A DNA stretch of 64,000 bases from Planctomycetota bacterium (GTDB lineage: Bacteria; Planctomycetota; B15-G4): assembly GCA_965248575.1 (NCBI GenBank), contig CBDFJQ010000002.1:4064001-4128000 (forward strand). The letters run 5' to 3'. Both the position numbers and the translations under genes were made by a program. Under the pieces are notes generated by a model. The model saw nothing but the letters and a program-made list of their open reading frames with translations, was not told where the DNA came from and did no database searches. Positions 19,127 through 28,877 of the stretch are shown one piece after another. Position 1 is the first letter of the stretch. Every line of letters begins with the position of its first letter.

Positions 19127-20803
19127 CTACGGCCGAGCCACCAGGATCCATGCGAGAGTCTGCTGGTCCGAGTTCAAGCCGGTGAACATCACATCGTCCA
19201 AACCGTCGCTGTCCAGGTCCAGCACCGCCAGGCTCGTGACCTCCGCGCAGGGGAGCGTCCGGCTGTAGACAGGTTCGCGGCCGACCGTCGCCTTTCGCAG
19301 GGCTCCGCCGGAAGTGAACTCCGTGTCGAGCAGCTCTTCCAAGGAGATCGTGCGCGTCGCGCCGTCCTTCATCTGATCCAGATCGCGCAGCAGGAAGGTC
19401 TCAAGCAAGTCGTCCGGTTGCGTGGACACGACCCGATCCAGCACCGAGGGAGGTAGGTCATCCGGCACCGCATCTGCATAGATGGCGAGCGTTCCCTCGA
19501 AGACATCGACGATGGCGCTGGGCTCCCCGGCCCTGTTCAGACGCAGTCGCCTGGCTGGGGGTGGTGTCTCATCCTGCTCGCCGTCGTCTCGGTTCATGAA
19601 GGACAGGATGCTCGGAATCTCCAGCCGCAAGCGGGAGCGCTTCGCAGGGCGCTTGCTCAAGGTGCCGGCTTCGTTGGCATAGGTGTACACGTCGAAGTCG
19701 AGCGCCCCGGGAACGAGCAAGCGCCGCACCACCTCTCCGAGCGAGATTCGCGGGCCGCGAATGACCTGGAGGTCGGTCAATGAGCTGCCTGTGACGTTAC
19801 GCATGAGGGAGTGCATGACGTTGCCACTGACCTTGAGAAGTTGATCGGGCGTGCGCTGGATCGCGCCCAGGGAGCCGCCGAGGAACACACGGAACACGCC
19901 GTCGCGGTGCAGCAGGAGATCGTTGGGAGCTTCTCCGTCAAGGTCGTCGACGGCCCAGCTGAGGCTGTCGTCGAGGGTCCCGAGCAGATTGTCGAGGTCG
20001 ACGCCCAGAACACCAACCGCCGCGTCTGCTTCCGGGTCCTTCAGGTCGAGGGTCCAGGTGGGTGTCTGCCGGATCTCCGGTGTTGCGATGTAGAAGTGGG
20101 CTGCATCGTCCGTCTCGGCCACCAGGTCATTGAGGCCGTCACCGTCCACATCACGAACGGTGAACCACGGGATGCGCACCTCCTGACGGAATCGGCCGTC
20201 GACGCGCTGCGGGGCGCCGACCGTGTGCTCTACCTTGACGTCGCAGTCGATTTCGATGGGAGGCTGCGGGGCGTGGCCCGGTCCCGATCGATGGATCCGG
20301 AAGCCCGTGGCCGTCGGGATGACGATGTCTGCCTTGCCATCCTCGTCGATGTCCCGCGCAAATGGCACGCGATGAACGCCCCGTGGCAGCACGGCCTGCG
20401 CCTCCTCCAGCAGGACTGCACGCTTCACGAAGGTCTTCTCGCTCACGTGGTACTCGGTCAACTGCTGGCCCTGGTTGGGCGACAACAGCAAGACCTCATG
20501 AGTGCCGTCGGAGTCGGTGTCCACCAGCTGCCATGCCGTGCGCTCCCCGTCGAAGGGGAGTTCGCAATCCGCGGAGACGGAGAAGGTGCCCGTGCTGCGC
20601 ATGAGGTGCACGAGCACGCTCGTCTCGCTGACGCGGACCAGGTCCCTGGCACCGTCTCCGTCCATGTCCAGCATCAGCAGCTGGTCCATATTTGAGATGG
20701 ACAGCTCGCTCAGGACGAAGAACTCGTCCTCCTCGGGCAGGCCCCGGCTCGGCAAGCACCAGCTCGACAAGCAGACGATGAGCCAAAGCGGGGGCACGAT
20801 CAT
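19127..20803 (-). CDS. Exported FG-GAP/VCBS-repeat protein
   Basis: Repeated DxDxDG motifs (DMDGDGARD, DTDSDG, DIDEDG, DVDGDGLND, DLDSDGLDD); ATGA overlap with the upstream gene. Confidence 0.75.
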   Translation of the reverse strand: MIVPPLWLIVCLSSWCLPSRGLPEEDEFFVLSELSISNMDQLLMLDMDGDGARDLVRVSETSVLVHLMRSTGTFSVSADCELPFDGERTAWQLVDTDSDGTHEVLLLSPNQGQQLTEYHVSEKTFVKRAVLLEEAQAVLPRGVHRVPFARDIDEDGKADIVIPTATGFRIHRSGPGHAPQPPIEIDCDVKVEHTVGAPQRVDGRFRQEVRIPWFTVRDVDGDGLNDLVAETDDAAHFYIATPEIRQTPTWTLDLKDPEADAAVGVLGVDLDNLLGTLDDSLSWAVDDLDGEAPNDLLLHRDGVFRVFLGGSLGAIQRTPDQLLKVSGNVMHSLMRNVTGSSLTDLQVIRGPRISLGEVVRRLLVPGALDFDVYTYANEAGTLSKRPAKRSRLRLEIPSILSFMNRDDGEQDETPPPARRLRLNRAGEPSAIVDVFEGTLAIYADAVPDDLPPSVLDRVVSTQPDDLLETFLLRDLDQMKDGATRTISLEELLDTEFTSGGALRKATVGREPVYSRTLPCAEVTSLAVLDLDSDGLDDVMFTGLNSDQQTLAWILVARP

Positions 20804-22398
20804 CGTCCGCCCCCCGGGCGTCGGGACACGAGCAGCGTCACCCCGTTCTTGCCGAGCGAGACGACATCCCCGATTCCGTCACCGTTGACGTCGTCCGTCT
20901 GGATGTCGCGCATGTCGCCGCGTACATCGAATCGTTTCCAGGGTGTCTGCTCGAGCTCCCAGGTCTCACCGCTGAAGAACCCGCTTTCCCGTTTCACGCG
21001 CTGGATGGACACGGCTCCAGAGAAATCGAGCTCGACGAGGTCAGCGATGCCGTCTCCATCGAAGTCGTGCGTCAGGCGCCGGCGACTGACAGCGCCCTGG
21101 ATGCTCTGCTCGTCATAGGTGATCGGGGGCGGGTCGAGGTCCGGTGAACGTGAGAACTTCCCCTTGCCGAGCCCGAAGAAGGCCAAGCTGGTGCGGGTGA
21201 ATTTCAGGCCATCCGCGAGGGTGAGGAGATTCCCAAGCCCCGGCGCACCGAACTTGGCCATCACCAGGTCGGGCGAGCCGTCGGCGTTGAGGTCAGCCAC
21301 TTCCGCGGCCACCCGCATGGCGTCGAAGCTGAGCACCTGCTGGGGCTTCTCGTGCAGGAGCCGTTCGCCATCGTTCAACATGATCAGGAAGCGCACGCTG
21401 ATCTCACCGACGGCGAGTCCTCCGCGCTCGCCCCGCAGACGCACGAGGATGTCCGCATCGCCATCGGCGTCGAGGTCATGGAAGGCGAGGTCCCGCCGCA
21501 AGGTCTCCGACTTCATGACCTCCGGATAGGGCTCGACGCGGGTGGGGCGGGTGGGAATCCCCTGCGCCCCGCAGAGATGGACAAGCAGGCGCTCCTTGTC
21601 GCGACGCACCAGATCGATGCGCCCATCCCCGTCCACATCGACCAGTGCTGGTGCATGCAGTTCGTGTGCGGTGGAGAGGAAGGCCTGCCAAGGCAGCTCC
21701 CCCACGGAACTCGGGAACTGGCCCCTCTGGCCAACCCCGCCGTTGGTGGAGAGGAGCAGACTCGTTGCGCTGATCTCGACCCGGGCCTGCTCTTCCTGCT
21801 CGCGGGAGAGCCCGGCTGGTTCCGAGTGAAGCAGGTCGCACTCCAGCACGTAGGTCGCATCGGACGAAGTGCCAGGGCCCCAGACAGCCAAACCGGACGG
21901 CCCGGGGAGCAACAGCGCATCACCGGCCGTACGCGGAAGCACGTAGCGCCACTCGGGCAGGTCTCGTTGGTTGACGATGTCGAAGAACAGATCGCTTTCC
22001 ACCAGCCGGCGGATGTTGTTGCCGTAACCGGGGTGTTGCAGGGAGTAGGAATAGGCCCCGCTGCGTGTCAGGAAGACCAGCTCCTTTCCCGCCTCGTCGC
22101 GCACGTCCGCCACGGCCCAGGCCAAGACATCCTTCTTGACCGGAACTCGCTGCGTTGCCACTGGGTTCAGCAAGCCGTCGGTGCCCCAGCGATGGATGCG
22201 CAACTCCCGGCCGCCACCCTCATCGAGGGTGGACAGGATCAGCTCCAGCTCGCCATCGCCTTCCAGGTCGACCCAACGCCCGTTGAGCAACTCCGCGTCC
22301 AGGCTGAAGCTGGCATCGACATGTTGTGCGTCCGGGGCCCTCGCTGCTCCCGCGGCCAATAGGCAGCAGGCGAAGCCGGCGAACAAGCTGGAGCGCAT
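20800..22398 (-). CDS. Exported FG-GAP/VCBS-repeat protein
   Basis: Signal peptide MRSSLFAGFACCLLAAGAARA; DVDGDGRID, DLDADGDAD, DLNADGSPD, DFDGDGIAD and DVNGDGIGD. Confidence 0.75.
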   Translation of the reverse strand: MRSSLFAGFACCLLAAGAARAPDAQHVDASFSLDAELLNGRWVDLEGDGELELILSTLDEGGGRELRIHRWGTDGLLNPVATQRVPVKKDVLAWAVADVRDEAGKELVFLTRSGAYSYSLQHPGYGNNIRRLVESDLFFDIVNQRDLPEWRYVLPRTAGDALLLPGPSGLAVWGPGTSSDATYVLECDLLHSEPAGLSREQEEQARVEISATSLLLSTNGGVGQRGQFPSSVGELPWQAFLSTAHELHAPALVDVDGDGRIDLVRRDKERLLVHLCGAQGIPTRPTRVEPYPEVMKSETLRRDLAFHDLDADGDADILVRLRGERGGLAVGEISVRFLIMLNDGERLLHEKPQQVLSFDAMRVAAEVADLNADGSPDLVMAKFGAPGLGNLLTLADGLKFTRTSLAFFGLGKGKFSRSPDLDPPPITYDEQSIQGAVSRRRLTHDFDGDGIADLVELDFSGAVSIQRVKRESGFFSGETWELEQTPWKRFDVRGDMRDIQTDDVNGDGIGDVVSLGKNGVTLLVSRRPGGGR

Positions 22399-23387
22399 CA
22401 CTGCAGCTCCCCCTGCCCGCTGCCATACTCGATCAGGTCGAACCCGAAGAGCTCCAGCAGCACCCAGCGGGTCTCCGCGCCCGTTCGCTCGCACTGCAGC
22501 AGTTGAAACACCCAGAGGTCGAGCAGTGAGAAACTGCTGTGCTCACCGTCGACGCTGGCCGCGTAGTTGAAGAGGATCGGAAGGCCGGCCTTGGTGACGC
22601 GGCGTGGCACCTTGATGAGTCGCACGGGCGTGATGCGCGAGGCGGGTGCGCCCGGGCTCAGCACTTCGAACGCGGTGCGCGCGCCTTCTGGCAACTTGCT
22701 GAGATGCCGGATGAGTTCGCGGTCGGACGCCAGGGACTCGCCGTCCACGGACAACAGCAGGTCGCCTTCCTTCACACCCGCAGTTGCCAGGGGAGAGCCA
22801 GGGGCAAGGCTCACGACGCGCACCCCCTCAGGCGCCGTCATGAAGCCCGCTCGAACGCGTGCCGCTTCGTAGAGGAAGAGAGGGTCGGGTGGTGAGCGAG
22901 TAGAGCTCCGCGCCGTGAGTTGGATCGTGCTGCTTGCGACAGCATCTCCTCGTCGGAACTCCAGCGTGACGCGGTCGTCCGTGGGCAGCCGTTCGAGGAT
23001 CGCTTGGAGGCTGCGCGGATCCTCCAAGGTCCGCCCAGCGAGCTTCAGCAGGATGTCGCCAGGGCGAATCCTTGCTTGCGCCGCCGGGGAATTCTCCACG
23101 ACGGAGTCCACGCGCACGCCGGGGTCGGAGAAGAAGTCATCCAGGGAGCCGCTGTCGTTTTCGCTGCCACGGACGCCGAGGAAGGCACCCGCAGGCGCCG
23201 CCGCATCTTCGAGAGCCCAGGCCTCGAGGTGCTCGGGCAGGGGCGCGGGGACGGGTTGAACCGGAACGCTCTGGCAGCCCACGAGGACGACGAGCAAGCT
23301 GCCCCAGGCGAAGCTGCACAAAGGCTGACGGCGAGCTGTCGCCATGTCCGCGCTGCGTCGGCAGGGCCGTTCGATCCACGATGTCAT
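22398..23387 (-). CDS. Lipoprotein with two PDZ domains
   Basis: Lipobox VLVG-C; GVRVDSVVENSPAAQARIRPGDIL and GVRVVSLAPGSPLATAGVKEGDLL; no protease domain seen; start uncertain. Confidence 0.75.
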   Translation of the reverse strand: MTSWIERPCRRSADMATARRQPLCSFAWGSLLVVLVGCQSVPVQPVPAPLPEHLEAWALEDAAAPAGAFLGVRGSENDSGSLDDFFSDPGVRVDSVVENSPAAQARIRPGDILLKLAGRTLEDPRSLQAILERLPTDDRVTLEFRRGDAVASSTIQLTARSSTRSPPDPLFLYEAARVRAGFMTAPEGVRVVSLAPGSPLATAGVKEGDLLLSVDGESLASDRELIRHLSKLPEGARTAFEVLSPGAPASRITPVRLIKVPRRVTKAGLPILFNYAASVDGEHSSFSLLDLWVFQLLQCERTGAETRWVLLELFGFDLIEYGSGQGELQ

Positions 23388-24202
23388 AGTGATCTCCTGG
23401 ACAGGATCCACGCGGCGAGCCCGCAGAGCAGGACAGCCTGCGGAATCGGTAGCAGCAGGTTCATGCGGTACAGCTCCTGGCTGAAGCCGGCGTCCGAGAG
23501 CCCGCGTGCCACGCCGGACATCTCCGCCATGCAGGAATCGTCCACGAGGCTGGGGCAGAAGCGCGCGAAGCAGAAGTCCGCCGCGTCCCCCAGCACTTCC
23601 TTGAAGAGGTCGAAACCCATGAAGGAGGCCAAGGCCACGAACAGGGCAGAGGACCCCGAGCGGGACGCCGAAGACACGGCGAGCCCGAAGGCCCAGAGTG
23701 CGAGCAGCGGAGGCACGCTCGCCGCCACCGCCTTCCAGAGCTCCGCCTGGAGCTCCTCGTGGGACATGAGCTCGTAGCCCTGCTCCACAAGCGGCCCGAG
23801 CTCGAAGAGCAGGGCAGCGGCCAGGCCCGCACCGAGCCCCGTGAGCAAAAGCACGGCGAGGCAAAACGGGACCCCGAGCAGCGCGCGACCCCAGACCAAG
23901 GCAGGACGGGACACGCTGCGGGTCGTGGCCAGGCGCAGCAGTCCCTGCGCCCTGTCCGCTGCGAGCGAGCGGGCCGCATACGCCAGGATGAGCAAGGCAC
24001 CCAGCACGAGGCCGCTACTCCACCCATCGACGAGTGGCGCGTAGGCATTCCCTGCCTCTCCCGACTCACCTGCCATGGCGACCCGTGCGCCGAAGACCCG
24101 CAGGGCCGGGATGAGCATCAGCACGAGGGCGACGAAAGCAGCGGACCAGCTGTGCAGCAGGCGCTGGCACTCGGCGCGGAAGACGCGCAGCGCACCGAAC
24201 AT
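23384..24202 (-). CDS. ABC-2 type transporter permease
   Basis: AARSLAADRAQGLLRLATTRSVSR loop; about 6 TM segments; follows an ABC ATPase. Confidence 0.8.
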   Translation of the reverse strand: MFGALRVFRAECQRLLHSWSAAFVALVLMLIPALRVFGARVAMAGESGEAGNAYAPLVDGWSSGLVLGALLILAYAARSLAADRAQGLLRLATTRSVSRPALVWGRALLGVPFCLAVLLLTGLGAGLAAALLFELGPLVEQGYELMSHEELQAELWKAVAASVPPLLALWAFGLAVSSASRSGSSALFVALASFMGFDLFKEVLGDAADFCFARFCPSLVDDSCMAEMSGVARGLSDAGFSQELYRMNLLLPIPQAVLLCGLAAWILSRRSL

Positions 24203-25124
24203 CTCAGCGCCCCCCCGGGGCGAGCTGTTCGTCGAGCAGCTCCTCGAAGACGCCTTGCAGGGTGCGCCGCTCCTGGCTGAGGGCCGAGATCCTGCAGCCG
24301 GCATTCACCAGGCGTTCATTGACATCCGCGGCGGAGAGGTCGCCCGGGTCGAAGAAGTATTCGCCAGATGTATCGCCGTCTCCGAGCGCTCCCGGCCGCA
24401 GGTCTTCGAGGGTGCGGCGCGTCTGCTCCGGGGTGCTGCTGCGAATCACGAGCCGTGGAGCATCACGACCCAGCAGCTCGGACAGCGCGTCTTCGCGCAC
24501 AAGGCGCCCGCCCATCAAGATGCCGATGTGGGTCACGACGCGTTCGAGCTCATGCAGCCGGTGGCTGGAGAGCAACAGGGTCAGCCCCTCGTCCCTCAGC
24601 TGCAGCACCAGTTCGAGGACGAGTCGGACGCCCGACGTGTCGAGCCCCGATAAGGGTTCGTCGAGCACGAGCAGCTCAGGTTTCCCTAGCAGCGCCCGGG
24701 CGATGGAGAGCCGGCGCTTCTGGCCCAGCGAGAGAGAGGCTGCTCGAGCGCCGGCCCGTTCGGCCAGGCCCACTCTCTGCAGGGCCTCGAGCGGGGCACA
24801 CCCTCCCGAATGACCCAGGAGCTTCTGGGCATACACGAGGTTCTGGAGGCAGCTGAGCCCCCCTAGGAGGGCGGGATCGTCGAAGACCACGCCGACCCGA
24901 CCCCGAGAGCGGTGCAGCTTGCCCGGCGGCTGCCCCAGGATGGAGATCTGCCCGCTGTCCGGTCGTTGGAGACCCAGGGCACAGCTCAAGGTCGTGGTCT
25001 TGCCTGAGCCATTGGGGCCCAGCAGGCCGTAGATCTGGCCGGATTCGACCCTCAGGCTCACATCGCGGACGCCGATGGCGGGGCCGTATCGCTTGGAGAG
25101 GGAGTCGATGCGCAGGGCAGTCAT
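24203..25124 (-). CDS. ABC transporter ATP-binding protein
   Basis: Walker A GPNGSGKTT, signature LSLGQ, Walker B LLVLDEP, H-loop SSH; ORF track 24204..25124. Confidence 0.93.
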
Positions 25125-25133
25125 CGGCGGCTG

Positions 25134-25139
25134 AGCCTA
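25134..25139 (-). promoter_or_regulatory. -10-like TAGGCT, 9 nt before ATG of the ABC operon
   Basis: Minus strand reads TAGGCT-CAGCCGCCG-ATG; no SD. Confidence 0.45.
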
Positions 25140-25305
25140 GCAGGGGGCCGGTGCGGCGAGATACGGCGCCTCGGCGTCCTGCGCGGCCGCGAAACCTAGC
25201 GCCAAACCGGTCTTCAAAACAGGGGTTCCAGTGGCTTCACAGGCCGACGGCTGATTGTCTACGATCACCACAGTTTCTGTACTCTCCCCAAAATTCGGGA
25301 ATCTG

Positions 25306-26304
25306 GTGGCCGACCCGCAGCCCGTATTCCAAGACGATCAGGCCCTTCCTCCGGACCTGCCTGAGACACTCCTCGACGAGGAGCCCAGGCAGGAACCGCC
25401 CGGGTCGTTCCTCTCGGCGCTGCCCCAGTTCTTCGTTTTCCCGGCCATCCTCGTCCTGACCCTGACCGCGGTTTATCTGCTCCTGAGGGTTCTGGCGGGC
25501 AGCACCCCCGACAATGTGCCGGAACTCCTGGCGGATCTGGAGGCTGCGGGGCCCAAGGGCCGCTGGCAGGTGCTCAACTCCCTGGCCACCGGGCTGGGCA
25601 ACGGCAGCCTGAACCTGGACGAGGTGTCCGCGGACGAGCTGGAGCGTCTGTATTCCAAGTACGAGAGGGAGGGCAGCAGCCCTGCCGAACGGGCGCGCAT
25701 GTCCGAGTACCTGCTGCGCGTCGTGGCCCGCAAGCAGGACCCGCGCTTCACCGGCAAGGCGCTCGAGGCCCTGGCCTCCAGCGATCAGGCCCTGAGCCAA
25801 GCGGGTTTCGAGGCCCTGGGCCTCTTGGGAGACCCGGCTGCCGTGCCGGCGCTGCTTAACCGACTGAGGGGCAGCGACCCCAACCAGAGGCTGCTGGCTT
25901 TGGGCGCTCTGTCGCAAATTGACGACCCAGAGGCGCTTTCGGCGCTTTCGGAGAGCCTGCGCTCCGAGGACTCTGTGGTCGCGCGAAACGCCGTCTTGCT
26001 GCTGGCTCGGGCGCCACACCAGGATGCTTCGGTGAAGCCCTTCCTGCTGCGCATGCTCAATCGCCAGGGCTACGCAGACGACCCCACCCTCGACGGCCCG
26101 CTGCGGGAGCTGATGGATGACGCCTCCCGGGAAGCGGCCCGAGATCACGCCGTGAACGTCTTTCTCGTCATGGCCTGCCAGGCCGCCTCGGAGCTCGGCG
26201 ACCTGGATGCCGTGCCGCCGCTCGAGAACTTGCGTGAGGCGGACCCCTCTTTGAAAGTAAGATCCGCCGCCATCGATGCCCTGCATGAGCTGGGCTCGTC
26301 CTGA
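25306..26304 (+). CDS. Membrane-anchored HEAT-repeat (PBS-lyase-like) protein
   Basis: One TM (FFVFPAILVLTLTAVYLLL); EALGLLGDPAAVPAL, ALGALSQI, ELGDLDAVPPL and VRSAAIDAL repeats; start uncertain (25255 or 25306). Confidence 0.75.
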   Translation: MADPQPVFQDDQALPPDLPETLLDEEPRQEPPGSFLSALPQFFVFPAILVLTLTAVYLLLRVLAGSTPDNVPELLADLEAAGPKGRWQVLNSLATGLGNGSLNLDEVSADELERLYSKYEREGSSPAERARMSEYLLRVVARKQDPRFTGKALEALASSDQALSQAGFEALGLLGDPAAVPALLNRLRGSDPNQRLLALGALSQIDDPEALSALSESLRSEDSVVARNAVLLLARAPHQDASVKPFLLRMLNRQGYADDPTLDGPLRELMDDASREAARDHAVNVFLVMACQAASELGDLDAVPPLENLREADPSLKVRSAAIDALHELGSS

Positions 26305-26316
26305 TAGAGACCTGAT

Positions 26317-26889
26317 ATGGCCACTTCTGATTCCTCCCAGCGCGCGATCACGCAGCAGAACCCGTCTCGGGACCCCCGGGGTCCGACGCGGCGTTCAGCT
26401 GTCGGGCAGCTACTCGCAGGCTGGTCGCTCTTCGGCATGGCCGCCAGCGTCGGCTTGCTCGGCTGCGTCCGCTTCCTGTTCCCGAATGTGCTCTACGAGC
26501 CGCCGGCAACGTTCAAGGCGGGGCCGCCCTCAAACTTCGGTGTGGGTGTGGACGAGACCTTCAAGAACACCAACTCCACCTGGCTGGTGCGCACGGAGTC
26601 CGACCCGCTCTCGGGTCGCGACGGCATCGCCGGCATGTTCGCCCTGAGCACCACCTGCACGCACTTGGGGTGCATCCCCAACTGGCAGGCGGCGGACAAC
26701 AAGTTCAAGTGCCCCTGTCACGGCAGCGGCTTCCGCCCGAGCGGCATGAACTTTGAAGGCCCTGCTCCCCGCCCGCTCGAGCGCTGGCGCGTCGTGCTCG
26801 ACGAAGGCGAGTTGATCGTCGACAAGAACCAGAAGTACCAGTGGGAGAAGGGTCAGTGGGTGAACCCCGAATCCTTCGTCGCGGTCTGA
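26317..26889 (+). CDS. petC: Rieske [2Fe-2S] subunit of a Rieske/cytochrome b complex
   Basis: CTHLGC and CPCHGS boxes, GPAPRPL; TRR twin-arginine followed by a TM helix. Confidence 0.93.
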   Translation: MATSDSSQRAITQQNPSRDPRGPTRRSAVGQLLAGWSLFGMAASVGLLGCVRFLFPNVLYEPPATFKAGPPSNFGVGVDETFKNTNSTWLVRTESDPLSGRDGIAGMFALSTTCTHLGCIPNWQAADNKFKCPCHGSGFRPSGMNFEGPAPRPLERWRVVLDEGELIVDKNQKYQWEKGQWVNPESFVAV

Positions 26890-26950
26890 TGCAGGCGCGC
26901 CACGACCAGTCCCCGAACACCGAACACCGCACCGATTACGGAGCTCAGCG

Positions 26951-27724
26951 TTGACCCTCTTGAAGAAGATCGCGGAGACGCAGGTCTGGAGGTCGATCTT
27001 CCGGCACGGCTATCCCAACACCCCGCGAAACCGGGCTCTGGCCGCACTGTCGAACATCTTCCTCCATCTCCACCCAGTGAAGGCTCGCAAGAGTGGCATC
27101 CGCCTCTCCTTTACCTGGTGCATGGGCGGGATCACGTTCTTCCTGTTCCTGCTGGAGACGATCACAGGCGTGTTGTTGATGTTCTACTACCGCCCGACGA
27201 TCGAGTACGCCTACAACGACATCATCGCGCTGCGCGAACACGTGCCGCTCGGGATCATGCGCGAGCTGCACAGATGGGGCGCCCACATGATGGTGCTCAC
27301 CGTGTGGCTGCATATGCTGCGGGTGTTCCTCACGGGCAGCTACAAGCCGCCGCGCGAGTTCAACTGGAACATTGGCGTCATCCTGCTCTTGTTGACGTTG
27401 CTGCTTTCGTTCACGGGGTATCTGCTTCCCTGGGACCAGTTGGCCATCTGGGCCATCACGGTCGGTAGCAACATGGCTCGCGCCCACCCGGTCATTGGTC
27501 ACGAAGGTCCTGGCGCAAGCCTGTTGGCCGTCGGCGACGTGAACCTGGTGACGCCGGCTAGTGACATCCGCTTCGGCCTCCTGGCCGGGCGCTTTGTCGG
27601 CGCAGCAGCCTTGCTGCGCTTCTACGTGCTCCATTGTGTGGCCCTGCCGCTTGCGGCCGGGTTGCTGATGGCGATTCACTTCTGGCGCGTCCGCAAGGAC
27701 GGCGGCATCTCGGGCCCGATGTAA
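26951..27724 (+). CDS. petB: Cytochrome b6 (split cytochrome b, N-terminal half) with heme ci Cys
   Basis: [38 protein letters not shown] and GISGPM; TTG start. Confidence 0.93.
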   Translation: MTLLKKIAETQVWRSIFRHGYPNTPRNRALAALSNIFLHLHPVKARKSGIRLSFTWCMGGITFFLFLLETITGVLLMFYYRPTIEYAYNDIIALREHVPLGIMRELHRWGAHMMVLTVWLHMLRVFLTGSYKPPREFNWNIGVILLLLTLLLSFTGYLLPWDQLAIWAITVGSNMARAHPVIGHEGPGASLLAVGDVNLVTPASDIRFGLLAGRFVGAAALLRFYVLHCVALPLAAGLLMAIHFWRVRKDGGISGPM

Positions 27725-27735
27725 GGAACGCTCCC

Positions 27736-28815
27736 TTGGCAGCCTTCGAATCCTTCTTCAACTCGCTCGCGTCGCCGTCGCTGGTCATCATTATTTCGAC
27801 CGGCGTCTTCCTGCTGTATTTCTTCCGCATGCGGACGATGATGCAGCCGCGGGTTTCTTTCGGAATCATGGGCCTGACCGCGCTGTTCCTGGTCATCGGC
27901 TCGCAGAACCACGACTTCTTCAAGATCATCACGAAGGGCGACAACATGCCCATCGTGATCATGATCTTCTCGATCCTGTTCTTCCTCTGGCTTGCGTTCC
28001 GTCAAGCCACGTTGAACGACATGCGGATCGAACAGGGTCTCCCCCCCAACGAGGCGGCCGAGAGCAACAAGAAGGTGCTCGTCTGGCCTGACCTCGTGTA
28101 CCCCGAGTTCGTGGTGACGGTCGCGCTGGCTGCGGTCTTCATCATCTGGGGCGTGATGGTGGAGGCGCCCCTGGAAGAGGCCGCGAGTGGTACGCGTGCA
28201 CCCAACCCGGCCAAGGCGCCGTGGTACTTCCTGGGTCTCCAAGAGATGCTCGTGTACTTCGACCCGTGGCTGGCAGGCGTCGTCCTGCCGGGCATGATCG
28301 TCGTGGGTCTGATGGCGATTCCGTACATCGACACGAACCCGAAGGGCAACGGCTACTACACGCTCAAGGAGCGTCCGTTCGCCATCTTCATGTTCATGTT
28401 CGGCTTCCTGATCCTGTGGGTGGTGCTCGTGATCATGGGCACCTTCCTGCGCGGGCCGAACTGGAACTTCTTCGGGCCCTTCGAGTACTGGGATCCGCAC
28501 AAGATCGAAGCGCTCGTGAACGTGAACCTGTCCGAGTACTTCTGGGTCAGCATGCTGGACACGAAGCTGCCCGAGAATTCACTCATCAGGGAGGCGCCCG
28601 GCATCATCGGCATCCTCTTCTACATGCTCGTCGTGCCCGCGATCCTCGCGCGCACGGTGCTCAAGAAGTTCTTCCACCAGTTGGGTTTCGCGCGCTTCAG
28701 CATCCTCGTGCTGCTGCTCCTGATGATGGCTTCACTGCCCATCAAGATGTTCCTGCGCTGGACCATCAACCTGAAGTACCTGGTGGCCATCCCTGAGTGG
28801 TTCTTCAACATCTGA
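27736..28815 (+). CDS. petD: Subunit IV-like protein (cytochrome b C-terminal half) with extra TM helices
   Basis: VWPDL, APLEE, PNPAKAPWYFLGLQE (PEWY-equivalent) and IPYID; TTG 27736 after AAGGA. Confidence 0.85.
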   Translation: MAAFESFFNSLASPSLVIIISTGVFLLYFFRMRTMMQPRVSFGIMGLTALFLVIGSQNHDFFKIITKGDNMPIVIMIFSILFFLWLAFRQATLNDMRIEQGLPPNEAAESNKKVLVWPDLVYPEFVVTVALAAVFIIWGVMVEAPLEEAASGTRAPNPAKAPWYFLGLQEMLVYFDPWLAGVVLPGMIVVGLMAIPYIDTNPKGNGYYTLKERPFAIFMFMFGFLILWVVLVIMGTFLRGPNWNFFGPFEYWDPHKIEALVNVNLSEYFWVSMLDTKLPENSLIREAPGIIGILFYMLVVPAILARTVLKKFFHQLGFARFSILVLLLLMMASLPIKMFLRWTINLKYLVAIPEWFFNI

Positions 28816-28877
28816 AGCCTGCGGGGCGCCTGTTCGAGGAGCCTCGTTCCCTCCGTAGTGACTGACGGTAAGCCGAT

